Below, piece by piece: positions 49,201 through 61,500 of a stretch of 64,000 nucleotides of DNA. Position 1 is the first letter of the stretch. Every line of letters starts with the position of its first letter. The stretch covers positions 58,156,001 through 58,220,000 of the forward strand of contig OZ241832.1 of the NCBI GenBank assembly GCA_965202585.1, in the 5' to 3' direction. The translations under genes and the position numbers were made by a program. Below the pieces are notes generated by a model. The model did no database searches and had not been told where the DNA came from. It was given only the letters and a program-made list of their open reading frames with translations. The stretch is from Thalia democratica. Its lineage: Eukaryota.

Positions 49201-51843
49201 AAATACAAGTTTCAGATAGTTAAATTTAAAGGATCTCTCTTTAAACTCTAATTTGAAAACTAATTCTCATTTTTTAAATATTACATAACTACGTTTTTTT
49301 AATCAGCTAAAAGCAAGATATACATGTAAGATAATTAACGTTTAATTATAAAAACCAACCAGAAAATTGGCAGAGCTAACTATGTATGTTATATAACGCT
49401 TGTACTTTGATTTCTATTAAGGTCTTATGAAACAGATACAAGACTTTCACAAAATAGCAACTCTCTTTGATAAGTAGTAATATTGCTTGATAACTTGTAC
49501 ATATTTATTTTTACAACTTGTTTAAACCATCATGTGCTTAGTAAAGCAGTTTAACTTTTATAATTTCAACAGATCTGTTGCTGTTTAACTTTGTTCTTAA
49601 AAATATTAGCTTAAATTAAAACTAAGATAAAGTTTTTGCAAAGAAACGTAACAGCTAATTGTATTTTTTTTTCATGATTTGTTTTCTGTTAAAGCTTTAA
49701 ACTATCTTTTACAAGAGCTACCATTATCTAACATATGTTCATAACATTTTATTTATTTAACTTACAAGTTTTTAAGGCGGAAAACTAAAATGAACTAATT
49801 AAACTATATACAAAATTAACAAACAGTAATTATTTAGTTTTTTTTAATGAAAGATTTTAAGCATTAATTTTTAAAATTAAATTAACTTTGCTACATTGCT
49901 TGGAGCTACCAAGGTTGTCATAGTAATTATCTAGCATAAGTTATCATTGAGTTCGACTGAGTCTGTGCGGCAAATGAAAAAAGTTTATTATCGATTTAAC
50001 TTAACAATTTAACTTTGTATAAGTATATCTGCTAGACTGTAACTTTTGTTTCAAAAGTTTCATCAAAATTCTGTTTTTTTTTTTTGTTCATCTTAATATT
50101 TATATAGTGTACTTTTTTATGGCAGGTATGAATTTTTATTAAAAATTTTAAATGCAAAAGTAGTGTGTATGTATTAACTCATTTTCAGAATTTTAAATTT
50201 GAGTGATTGTAAATATGTTTATACTACTACCTTAATAGACAGTAAAATCTGTTTATTTGTATGGTATACGAAGAAGCTTTACCTCTATATTTGTTTGAAT
50301 AGTAAAAAAAATAAAAATATACAAAACTAGTTAAACTTATTCTAATATTTTTTAGTTTTTATTTTATATTTTAGTATACTAATAAAAAGCTTGTCTTAAA
50401 ATTTATAATTAAAATATTTTAAAGTAATACAATTAAGTTAAGTAAACTACTAAAATATTCGAAACTTTAATATTTAAGCTTTAAAATGTTGTTGTTTGAA
50501 AAAAAAATCATTTTAGCTATGTATGTATATAAAAATAAATTTAGTGTTTTATATTAACAGACAATCTTTCTAGTTAAAAGATTAAGTTTCTCTTTAAAAT
50601 CTTTTTTGATAATTACTTTCAAGTTTGTTTATACGAGAATATTTCTTATATCTACAGAGAAGCATTTTATGAAGAAGATTACACCACTGCTTCCGAAATG
50701 TTGGACACTCAAGTATTCGCCTACATAAACAAGTTTCAGCTATACAGGTAAAATAAACATACACTTATAAAATCTTTTTATCCGTTTTAAAAGGTATAAA
50801 GCATAGAACTTTTATTTGTACAACAAACTACATAATTATCTTGTTTGGTTTTTGTCATTTCTCATAGAATAAAAATTTACACACTTAACAGTTTACATAT
50901 ACATAGTTCTATCTTACTAAAATTTATTTATCATTTATTTTTCTACATAACGGTTTCCAAATGTGGACCAAGTGGGGCCCTTGGAGGCCATTAGAGAAGT
51001 TTAGGGGGCCATGAGCAGTAAAGAGGTCACAGGGGGGCTATGAGGTCATAATTTGAAACTTACACTAGATATTCTGGAGTTGCTGATGAAGAGCAAAAAC
51101 AGGTCTTAGGCGTTTTGAATGGTAGTTTTAAAACTTATACTAGATATTATGAAAAATTTTCAGGAAATTTAGGGGACCATAAGCTGTAAAAGGGGAGCCA
51201 CAAGGCCATAACTTGAAACTTACACCAGATGTTCTGGAGTTGATGATGAAGAGCAAAAACAGGTCTTAGGCGTTTTTAATGGTAGTTTTAAAACTTATAC
51301 TAGATATTATGAAAAATTTTCAGGAAATTTAGGGGACCATAAGCTGTAAAAGGGGGGCCACAAGGCCATAACTTGAAACTTACACCAGATGTTCTGGAGT
51401 TGATGATGATAGGCAAAATAAAAAAGGTCTTAAGCGTTTTTAATAATAGTCTGTTTTAGAAATTATGTCGGAAGAGGCCATCATTTTTTCAATTTTTTAG
51501 ATTATACAGATTAGCTCAGGGCTTTAAAAATCAATTCATTCACCGCCAACTTAGCATAATTTCTATAAACGCCTCCTTAAATATATATCGCCCTTTTGCT
51601 AAATAACTACCCTTGTAATTTATCACCTCTTTACTGTTTGTACTTTTTGTTAGCAAAAACTACCTTTTTTACTATATGCCGATGTTTGAAAACTCTTATA
51701 TAGGGTATATTTAAAGTCATCGTAAAATCTAAATGAGCTTACATGTTTTTCAAAGGTACCCGGACAGTACAACCGATAATCCAGTCGGTACATCGAACAA
51801 CGATGTCGGTAAATCGAATAAGATGCAGACGAGCCAAACGTAA
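36396..51843 (+). CDS. NMNAT2: Nicotinamide/nicotinate mononucleotide adenylyltransferase, NMNAT2-like, 11 exons, ~378 aa
   Basis: Exons 36396-36480 (VVLVCSGTFNPVTTAHIKMF), 38718-38886 (EIARSFLERSGRHIVISGVISP...HRVTMCRVAVQQHHWL), 41232-41310 (VDTW...), 42202-42269, 42695-42867, 45614-45687 (FQRVCCGQPP), 46241-46288, 46486-46554 (VMLLCGADDLEKF...W), 48553-48746 (FGLVCIPR...ISSKKCR), 50658-50747 (YINKFQLY), 51756-51843. Phases join in frame (1137 nt). Motifs match the recalled NMNAT GSFNP(I/V)TxxH, SP, HRxxMCxLAV, LLCGxD and SSTxxR signatures. The RxCCxxPP motif matches NMNAT2. Confidence 0.9.
38955..39380. repeat. Diverged intronic tandem duplication (~270-bp period)
   Basis: GTTACATA...TGTTTTTCAAGAAAACTTG, TCAC(A/C)TTTACGTC.TTGGA and TAAGATATAAATACCG each occur twice in the same order. 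Confidence 0.7.
46171..46224. repeat. (TA)n microsatellite just upstream of the NMNAT exon 7 acceptor
   Basis: Direct: ~25 TA repeats ending ~16 nt before the acceptor at 46240. Confidence 0.95.
50949..51440 (+). mobile_element. Copy of the same MITE family with an internal 160-bp tandem amplification (~2.5 copies), in the last NMNAT intron
   Basis: GGTAGTTTTAAAACTTATAC at 51121 and 51281 (period 160). Three copies of GAAACTTACAC(T/C)AGAT.TTCTGGAGTTG. Left end similar to the TIR at 56962. Confidence 0.7.
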
Positions 51844-54800
51844 GAGCATATCAGAAGTGGGGACCTCGGCATAAGAAGGAACAGTTTTGCTTGAACATCA
51901 TTTTACAAATATTATTCTTATCAAAAACGTTTAACAAATCATGTTTTTTTTAAAGAAGTTAAACCTAAATTAGCATAACCTTGGTATAAAGATCTGGAAT
52001 TGTTCAAAAAGTTTTATTCAAAATTTTAAGTTTCGAGACACAGTTTTGCTAGTAATGTTTATACAAAAGTTTTCTATTAGAGTTTTTGTTTTAAATAAGT
52101 TAAGGTCCGACAAAATAAAACTTATAGTTTTTAATTTAAATAAAACCTTGGTATTTTAAAATTTTGCAAAAAAGTTTTAAATAGTTTCAATTGAATATTT
52201 TTTTATAAAAACGTTTAAGATGTTCATTTATTTTAAAAACATTAACGTCTAACTTTGTGAACGTTTTTCAGCATGTTAAAAGTTTTCAAGTAAGTTTTCG
52301 TTTAAACCAACACTATTAAGTTAGTCTTTTGTTTTTTAACAAACTCATGCACATATGAAATCAAGTTTTAATTATTTAAAACATCATAAGTAACTTTGAG
52401 AAGCCTTTTTTAAAGGCAGTCATTTCTTTATAACTTTGTAACTTTTACTTTCTAAGTTGTTTCAAGGTACTTTCTTAAACTAAACGAGTTTTTTGTTTAA
52501 TTTACACATGTAGATAAAATAAACTTAAAACAGTCTTTTTTTTTATTCAGTAAGTTTTTCAATAATAGACCAGTAAAGTGTTGAAAGTTGCTGACTTAAG
52601 CCTTTTTTTTTTTGAAACGAACACGTTTTGCTCCTCACCTTTTACTTTTTGCTGCATGTTTATATTTAATATTTAAATGTTTAATGTTTTAAGGTGCTTC
52701 ATAATTTACATGAGTATTTATGTTTGTCATGGTAAGCTAGCTTATATTTCATTAACTTTTATAGCTTGTGCTTAAAATTAAACATAATAAAATTAAAAAC
52801 AAGGTTTTCCAGCGGTTTTGAATTTTTTAATTTATCTTATGCACAAAAAAAACAGCACTAAAACTTATCTTTTGTTTTAACTTCCTAAAAACATCAAAAA
52901 AACACATTTTATTGAAACTCAAATTATCTTTTTAATATCAGTACTAGATGTTGCTTTATTTAGCTAACACAGTCTAAGAATGATGTTTTTTGTTTGCAAT
53001 GTATCGCGTTTAACTTTTTAAATCGAGTTTAAAATTTATTAAATCAAAAAACGTAAACTATTATATTTTATTTTCGATATCTATAATAATTATTTCCACC
53101 TTTGTTACGAATTTATACCGTAATGTGCTCCAACGGAAGTACGTATAATTTTGTTTGATAGAAAAATTATACAGTAGTTGTGATAAAATAAAAGGTTAGT
53201 TACTTCTGAAAATTTTTGTTAAGTAACAAAGGTTTAGAGAATCATTGAAAATAAAACTTTGTTTTTAAATCGTTTGTTAGTCGAACAAAATTGACCATGT
53301 TTTTTTAAGTTAACTAATTCAGTCTAAAGTCTTAACTGTAATTTTTTTAAACTATTTCTTAGCCAATATGTTTGAAATGCGCACTTAAGTGATGTCATGA
53401 AACATAAAAACAGAACGCAATAAAATTTGTACAAGACTGTAAATACCATATGGAGTAGGTTTGAGTTGATTTAATTGCAAGCATTGTTTTTCGTACAATT
53501 TGATAGGTCAACTGAAGTAAACAAAGATAGTTCCTTTTTTTAAACTTCATTAAAATAGTGTTTTCTGATAAAATTTAGCATGGTTTAAAACTAGCTAGAT
53601 AAATTAAGAAACTTCAGATACATAAATGTTTTATAGTGTTCTACTTACTACTAAAGCTAAAGTACATTTTGAAATGAACAATCAAGTTATAATTAAACTA
53701 AGATATTTTACAATTTACTTAGTTTACAGTATAATTTTATTTATTTAACAAAAAAACATCTTTAAAGTTGATAGTTAACTCATGACTAATCAACATATAA
53801 ACTAACTGAGGAGTAATGTCAGTGTCTATTACACTTAAAATTTTTACGAACTAACTTCACTAACAAGAGGTTTTAATTTCACAAAAGCTTAAATTATGCA
53901 ATGCATAATGATACTTTTTTAATTTAAGTAAATTTTTTTAAAACAAATGATACTTTTTCAAGCATGTAAGTTATGATTAAACATTTTTTCGTCCCCTAAT
54001 AATTTTAATGATAATTGTGACAGTGATTGTGTCTGGACAGATTTTCTAAGCTCATTCTAGTTATTTTATTAACTTTTTCAAGGATAGTTCCAAATATTTT
54101 TTTTTTAATTCTACAAAACAAAAATTTGTTTTATTACTGGTTTTTTTCATTAGCAAACTATTTATTTATGTAAAATTAGTGTTAACTTATTTTTAACCTC
54201 AAAAAACTTTTTTAAATTATTAAAGTTATCTCAATTTAATTTAAAGAATACATTATTGGCAAGCATTAATTCTCTAGTTAGTGCAACAAAGCTTGATTAT
54301 ATTATATTTATATTATAAAAGTTTTTAAACTTAGCATACTTCGAGCGACAACACGTGCCTGCCTAATGACTTGTTTTGTCATAATTTGTATAAAGTAGCA
54401 ATTTGTTTTGTTTTTAAGACATCATGTACCAATATAACAACCAAAGTATTTTCGTTTGTAAACTGCTATAGTACAACTATGTTTTGTATAATTATTTTAT
54501 ACTAATTAATAATGTTTGAAATATAACATGTGTACTTTCATAAAAATCTTTTAAATATTTTCTTACAAATTTGTCCTTTTTTTAAATAATTCCAGTATTG
54601 CAAACATTATTTATATAGTCAATGCAAAAAGATTGATTCTATTTTCTAATTTTTCATTTTACAGACTTGACATACCTTACCATGACGATGCCTGCCAACC
54701 TAATGACATATACTTACTTGTTTTTTTATAATTTATAAGAACTTTTTTTTCAAATTAAATCCAGAGGTTGTAACTGCTACTTTGTCTTACACCTTTTTTA

Positions 54801-55552
54801 ATAAGGTCTTATTAAATTACTACATAAAAAGATTTTTATTCTTTGGATAGTTTTTTTATAAACAAACTGCTTGGAAAACAAGTTCGCTGCAAGTCTGTTT
54901 CGATTTACAAATGCACCTCTAATAAGATTTCGAGGTGCCGGAGTTTGTTGGTACAAAAATTTTTGCAGGGTTGTCACAATGCAAAACAGTTAGAGTTTTT
55001 GTCACTGTAACTACTTTGACTTTAAATCATTAGGTTTTTTATTTATTAGTTTGTTTACAGAAAACATACAAAAGCTAGAACTGAAATAGTTTTGTTTACA
55101 ACTGTACTGTAATGAAGATAACTTAGTTTTAGCGGTATAGTCCCCGTTAATATGGCAACATTGCTTGTTTGAGGATTGTTGTAAAAGTATCGTAACTAAA
55201 CTTTGTTATTTAAAACTTTTATAAAACCCGAAAAAATGTCCCTGGTTTAGGTCACAGATACGTTTAATGAGTCCATAAATTCGAAAAACATTAGTCATAA
55301 TAACTTATTTTTTATCATTTCTGTAAATAAACTTAATCCATAAACACATTTTGATTTTAAATAAGAGCGGAGAAATTATAGAAAAAGTGTAAAATTATTT
55401 AAACTTTTATCTAATAATAAATTAACTCTTTTTGTACAACAAACAAACGGCACAACGATAAAATAGTTATTCCTTTATTGGAACGAACGAATAGAACAGC
55501 AGCAAAAGAACAGAATAAGAACTGCTGCATATGTAAACTGCACGGGAACTCA

Positions 55553-58500
55553 TCACTCCATCATTCTGTTGATCTGCTCGTTTACGAGGTTGTATTCATC
55601 CTGGTAATGGGTGATCCACCTCTTGTACTCCCTTTCGACTCCGCCGAGATTTTCCTCCGCGTCCTTCAGCTCGCTGTCGGAAAAAATATTATTTAAAAGC
55701 GGTTCGTTAAAAACAATGGTTCGTTCTGTTGGAGACCTTTAGTTGTAGTCGTTGTTTGTTTAGTAGTAAAAATATTTGTGTTTGTAAAAAAAAATTGTAA
55801 AAGGATCTTTACCAAACTTCGTTGTGATGTTTTGAGAAAAATATAACCTAAACTGTTTCATTGAAATCTGCGTTAAATTTTTTTTTATTTTTAGTTCAAA
55901 TCACAATAAGAATTAAAATATAAGTAAGCATTTATGTCTCACTTAACTATTAAGTTAGTTTTTTATAAAAACTTTAGAACGGCATGATTTAATAAAATAA
56001 CATTTTGTGCAGGTTAAAAATAACATGTCTTTAATATTGAAACAAGACGTTTCTCTTGTAAGTAAAATTTTCGGAGCATATTGATACCGTTCTACAAGAT
56101 TAAACTAGCTTTATTTTAACATTTATATCACTTTAAATCAATTATATTCTAAAAAGCTACTTTAAACTTGAACAAAAATAACACTTATTTCTTCATAACA
56201 AAAACCAACATGTTTCTCTCGTAAGTGAAATCTTGCCCCTGCTTGTTTTCTTCCTGGTCGTAGGAAAAGTTGATCTCGTTGATCGTTTTAGCCTTCACTC
56301 CTTGAACACTGTTTTATTTTATACTTATTATAATGAACACTTATTAAATATTTATAAAATATATTAAATAATAAATATATGTAAAATATAGAATACATTT
56401 ATAAAGTAAACTTCGCTCGTTACTTGTATGAATGTGATTTTAAAGTAGTCGCGTAATAAAATTTAATAAACTAATATTTTTTCATTGCTCTGAACGTGTT
56501 TATATACTTATTTATGAAACCTTTTTATATATATAAAACGTATGTTGAAATTGGATGCTGTCATATTACTAAATTAAAATATTAAATAATTTTATTGAAT
56601 TTTCTTTTCCTACTTTGGACCTGCTTTTGGTAAAAACAAAAAATTAAGCTACATGCATTAATTTTTTACAGTATTTTATTTTCAATGAAACGTACAAAAC
56701 ATATTAGCGAATAAAAATTATTAAAATAAAACAAAGATTAGTTTGCTTAACCATTTGTTAGCGTAGACAAAACTCGGGTTAAATAAGATCTTTATAGACC
56801 CGAACTTATTTTGAAAAGTTTCAAAATTACAATTAAAAACAACTAAGATTTTTTTACTCCTCATCTGCAACTCCAGAATATCTAGTGTAAGTTTCAAAAT
56901 ATGTACTCATGGGCCCCTTATACACCTTTGCAACACCATTAGGACCACTTTGGGAAACCCTGCTACAGACTCGACCACACAAAAATAAGTTAATTTATAA
57001 CTTGCCAAGCATACTGTATTTTGTAAACAAAAGTAATTTAAATGATTTCGTTCATTTTTATTAAAACTTACTCGGAACACTGTAATTAGTATAACTTTAA
57101 TATAAGTTAAACAAGATTGATTAATGTAATTTGTACAAGACTTACTGTGCCAAGCACCTCTCTGTATCAAGTATATCCTTCTTGATGCGTTCCCTGGACT
57201 CAGTCAGTTTCTGCAGTCTGTCCAGAGACACGTTTTGGGGCTGAAATTTGTTTTGTTTTACTTAAAGTTTTCACCAATTTTTAACACAAAAATAACTTTG
57301 TACTGTCACAGTAAATTTTTTATTAGCAGTACTTTTTTTTTAAATGTAATTTTTTGCAGCTCTAAAGTTTTTTGTCTCTGTCATTATTTTTTTAACTAAA
57401 AAATAACAGTTCTCTTCATTTCAAAAAAAACTTTTTTTTTTAATTTTAGCCTAAGTTTAACATAAAATACGTTTTAACATTTTTTTTTTCAACTAACCAC
57501 TGGAACTTGTTCTTTTTTCGCTTCGGCTGCTTCTTCTTCTTTTTTCCTAATTTTATTTTCAAAATAATAAACAAAATAAAATTTTAACATTCGTAACATA
57601 AAGCATCAAAATAAGTTAAAAAAATAATTTGCATTCATTGTATTTTAGTGTGTTTAAATTTCTATTACGACGTAAAAAATTTGAATGTAAATTAACTGCT
57701 GAATATAAAAATTTGAATGTAAATTAACTACTAAATATAAAAAATCTGAATGTGAATTAATTGCTGAATATAAAAATTTGAATGTAAATTAACTACTAAA
57801 TATAAAAATTTGAATGTAAATTAACTGCTGAATATAAAAACGAACTTTTCCAAGTAGAGGGCGTGTCCAACTTTCTGTATTTTCTTGACGGCTTGCTGGT
57901 AGTTACTTTGAGGAACGAACTCGAGTTGGGTGCATAACTGTTTGAATTTTTTAAACTAAATCAAATGAGCGAACAACTGTTGCATTGCGGAAAGCGTGAA
58001 AATTGTAAACAGGTTGAATATTTATTTTCATTACAAAACGATGCGTTTGAGTCTAGGTTTGGGGATGTCGTTAAAAGATAAGTTTAAACGGACAAGACTA
58101 ACGAAGCTAGACGCAAAAAATTACAAAAGAAAGATTTTATTTGCGTTGAAAAAAGAAGGGTTTTTGTTTTTTGTTATTAGATACTTTAGAAAGTAAATTT
58201 AAAACAAAGTAAAATGGGAATTTTATAACCAATTACAAAACGAACTAAACTATGACAAAAAATAACAATTGCAGGTATATTTTTAAATCAAAAAAAATTG
58301 TTTTTTATTTGAATGCTTTCACAAATTAATTAAAATCCAACAAAATTAAGATTGAAATACAAACAGCCACAAACCTCGTCGTAATAGTCCTGCAAGTCGG
58401 TGTTGTGAGTTGGCAACTCAACTCCGTTGACGACCTTGGGAGTTTCAGGCCATTGTAAAGCCGGTTGCCCCTTATAATTGTATGGCTCGGGCATCTTAAA

Positions 58501-61500
58501 TTGTTGTTTGATTTCAAGCTTTTTTATTTGCATAATATTATAAGACTGAGGCTTTATTAGTCTCGTTAACTTTTATGAACAAAGCTTTTTGGTGTTAGAC
58601 AGTAGTTAATGTTTTGTTTAAGCTTAGTTTTTTTAGCACAGCTTTTATATATCTAGCCGACTGTCTTTTTAAGACTTTATAATGCTTCAACGCGTACTTG
58701 AAAGTATTTTTGATATTGAAAATTATAATACTAAAATAAAACAATGAACTCATCTACTAACCTCCCAGGGTTCGTTAACGTCGCAAGACTCCTCGTCCCA
58801 TTTCGCGGAGGAAGCGCCCCAGTTGTGAGTTGGCAACTCAACTCCGTTGACGACCTTGGGAGTTTCAGGCCAGTGGAGAGCCGGTTGCCCCTTATAATTG
58901 TATGGCTCGGGCATCTTAAATTGTTGTTTGATTTCAAGCTTTTTTATTTGTATATTAATAAAAGATTGAGGCTTTATTAGTCTTGTTAATTTTTATGAAC
59001 AAAGCTTTTTGGTGTTAGACAGTAGTTAATTTTTGTTTAAGCCTAATTGTTTTAGCACAGCTTTTTATATCTAGCCGACTGTTCTTTTTTAGACTTTACA
59101 ATGCTTACAACGCATACTTGAAAGTACTGTCTCAAGTATTTTCTGAGTAGAAAAGAAAGTGTTTTTGCTACTTGTGTTTTTAGGTAAAAAGCACGTAGCT
59201 GCTAATAGGTTAAAACAGATTGTTTTCTATTAGACACCCGACGAAACAACAAACTACCAACCTTCCAGGACGGATTGTAAGGGGATAGGAATTAATTCCC
59301 TGACATACTCATTAATAAAAAGATACTTTATGTTTAAGTTAATGCTAACTGACGAGTACGAAAACAACAGAAAATATTTAATATTTGTTTTTCTGATATT
59401 CAAAACTATAATACTAAAATAAAACAATGAACTCAACTACTTACCTCCCAGGGTTCGTTAACGTCGAGAGACTCCTCGTCCCATTTCGCGGAGGAAGCGT
59501 CGCTGTCAACATCGTCGGAGTAGGACGTCTGTCCGAAGTGAACGCGCTTGGTCGGTTGCTTAGCAACAGGGTCGGCGAGTTCGCGGAGTGCGGAGGGCTC
59601 CTCTTTGCGAGCCTGATTGAATAAATAAAAGATTCAGGGTTAAGTATATGTGAGTTGTATTAAAATATGTTTTTATCTTTGTTTTCATCAAAATGAACTT
59701 TTTGTGTTATTTTAACTTTTAATTATTTTATTATGTGTTTTTCGGTTTAAGTTTAAGGTTTTACTGCCTAAGTCCATCGTATGTACAATAAACTTGCACT
59801 AACAAGCTTAAACCTTAAACATAAATTTTAAAACTAACATTTGAATTTAAAAAAAACATCAGTTTTAAATTTATAATTATGCTTTACTAACTATATTTCT
59901 TAATTTGACTATATAAAAAATAGCGAGTTTAAAAATAATATTACCTCCATGCTTTGTTGCAACTTCATTTTTTCAACTTTCTGCTTTTCCAACTCATTTT
60001 CAAGATAATTTTTCTGTTTAAAACATTATTTTTTAATTTTTTTCATTACACAAAGGTATTATAAGCATATAAGAATACAGCTTATATAATCTTTAAGTAA
60101 ATTTTAATAAGTTAAGGTGAACCAAAATAAAGTACCAAGACACAATTTAACATTTAAAGTTACTTGAAAAAAAATAAACTCACAAAATCAGACTTAAACA
60201 TGTAGTTGTACAAAGTCAATAAAGAAGTTTTAAAGCTTGTACTAAACTTAAAACTTAGTTACAAACTAGTTATTTACTAAACACTAATTAAATATGTTTC
60301 TTACCAATTCTACATTCTGATGAGCAAGTTGGGTTTTTTCTTCTTCGTACTTCATCTGTTGAAGTTTTGTCAGCTCGCTCAAATTGCTTATCTTATCATC
60401 TTTCACCTTGTTCTGTTACATGTTTGAAATCAAAAATCACGATTTTATTTAAAAAAAAATAACGAATGGCTTTTTAAATGGTTGAAAACGAGTTCACTGT
60501 CAAAGTGAGAAATGAAAACTAGGCGTCAAGATAAAGAGTTTCAAGTATGTTACACATAATATTATTTACACATAACATTTATTATTGATTCCTATGAAAG
60601 TTCAATAAACCGATCATTTTACAATTCTTAAACTATGTGTAAAAGTTACCTGTTGTTCCATCAAGTCAATTTTGTGCTGGAACTCAGATTTTTCCTGGTT
60701 GAATTTTTCCAACAACTGCTTGTTGGCGTTTTTCTCTTGGAAACTCTGAATAGTTATTAATTGTTTTTCTTGTTAGACTTTAGTTTTTAACAACTTCTTT
60801 TAAACTTATTGATACATTTTTGTAACGGATTCAATGGTGAAACAAGTCTTTTGAGAAATAGGTTTAAAAAGCTTCCCAAATAACGCTCTCTTTAAAATTT
60901 TCGAAAACATATTAGTTTTTTATAAACTATTTGGATTATTAGTCATAGCAGTTAATATAATAATGAGAACATTTACAATGAATTATCACAGTTTTATAAG
61001 CCCCAATCAAAATTTAGCACACAGTAAGATATGAAGCCTTAATTGATTAATTAGTTTATTTTTATTTACCTGTTTCTTATGGATCATGGCGGCCTGCAAC
61101 AACTTCTTATTCATTTCGTTTTGTTCCTTAAATTTTTCCTGATCCAATTTCTCCTTTTGTGAGATCATTTTCTTCAGATTTTCGTTTTCACTTTTTGTCT
61201 TGCTCAACAATGCAGCCTTGATGTTGTAGTCATCTTGATGTTCTTTCAACACCTTGTTCACTTGCTCTTTCTGTTATAATCATTAAAGCTTTGAGTAACT
61301 AGATAAGTGGTTGTGTCAAAATTTCCATGGCGTTTAAATAAACTTTGTTAGTAATAAAAAAAAATTTTGTATAAAAAATACTACAACATAGTACAACATG
61401 ATATATGTTAATGTAAATTTTTTTACAAAGATAATAGATAACCAATTTAAACCTACTCAATAAATAGTTTTAAGATTGAAAGATAAATGCTATCAAACAA

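Noticed and set aside
56862-56885. Apparent micro-exon YSGVADEE
   Set aside because: It is the internal motif of the MITE family seen at 24497 and 50949.
59246-59290. Possible micro-exon GINSYPLTIRPGRL in the minus-strand gene
   Set aside because: Weak splice signals; the flanking exons join in frame without it. Only RNA data could rescue it.
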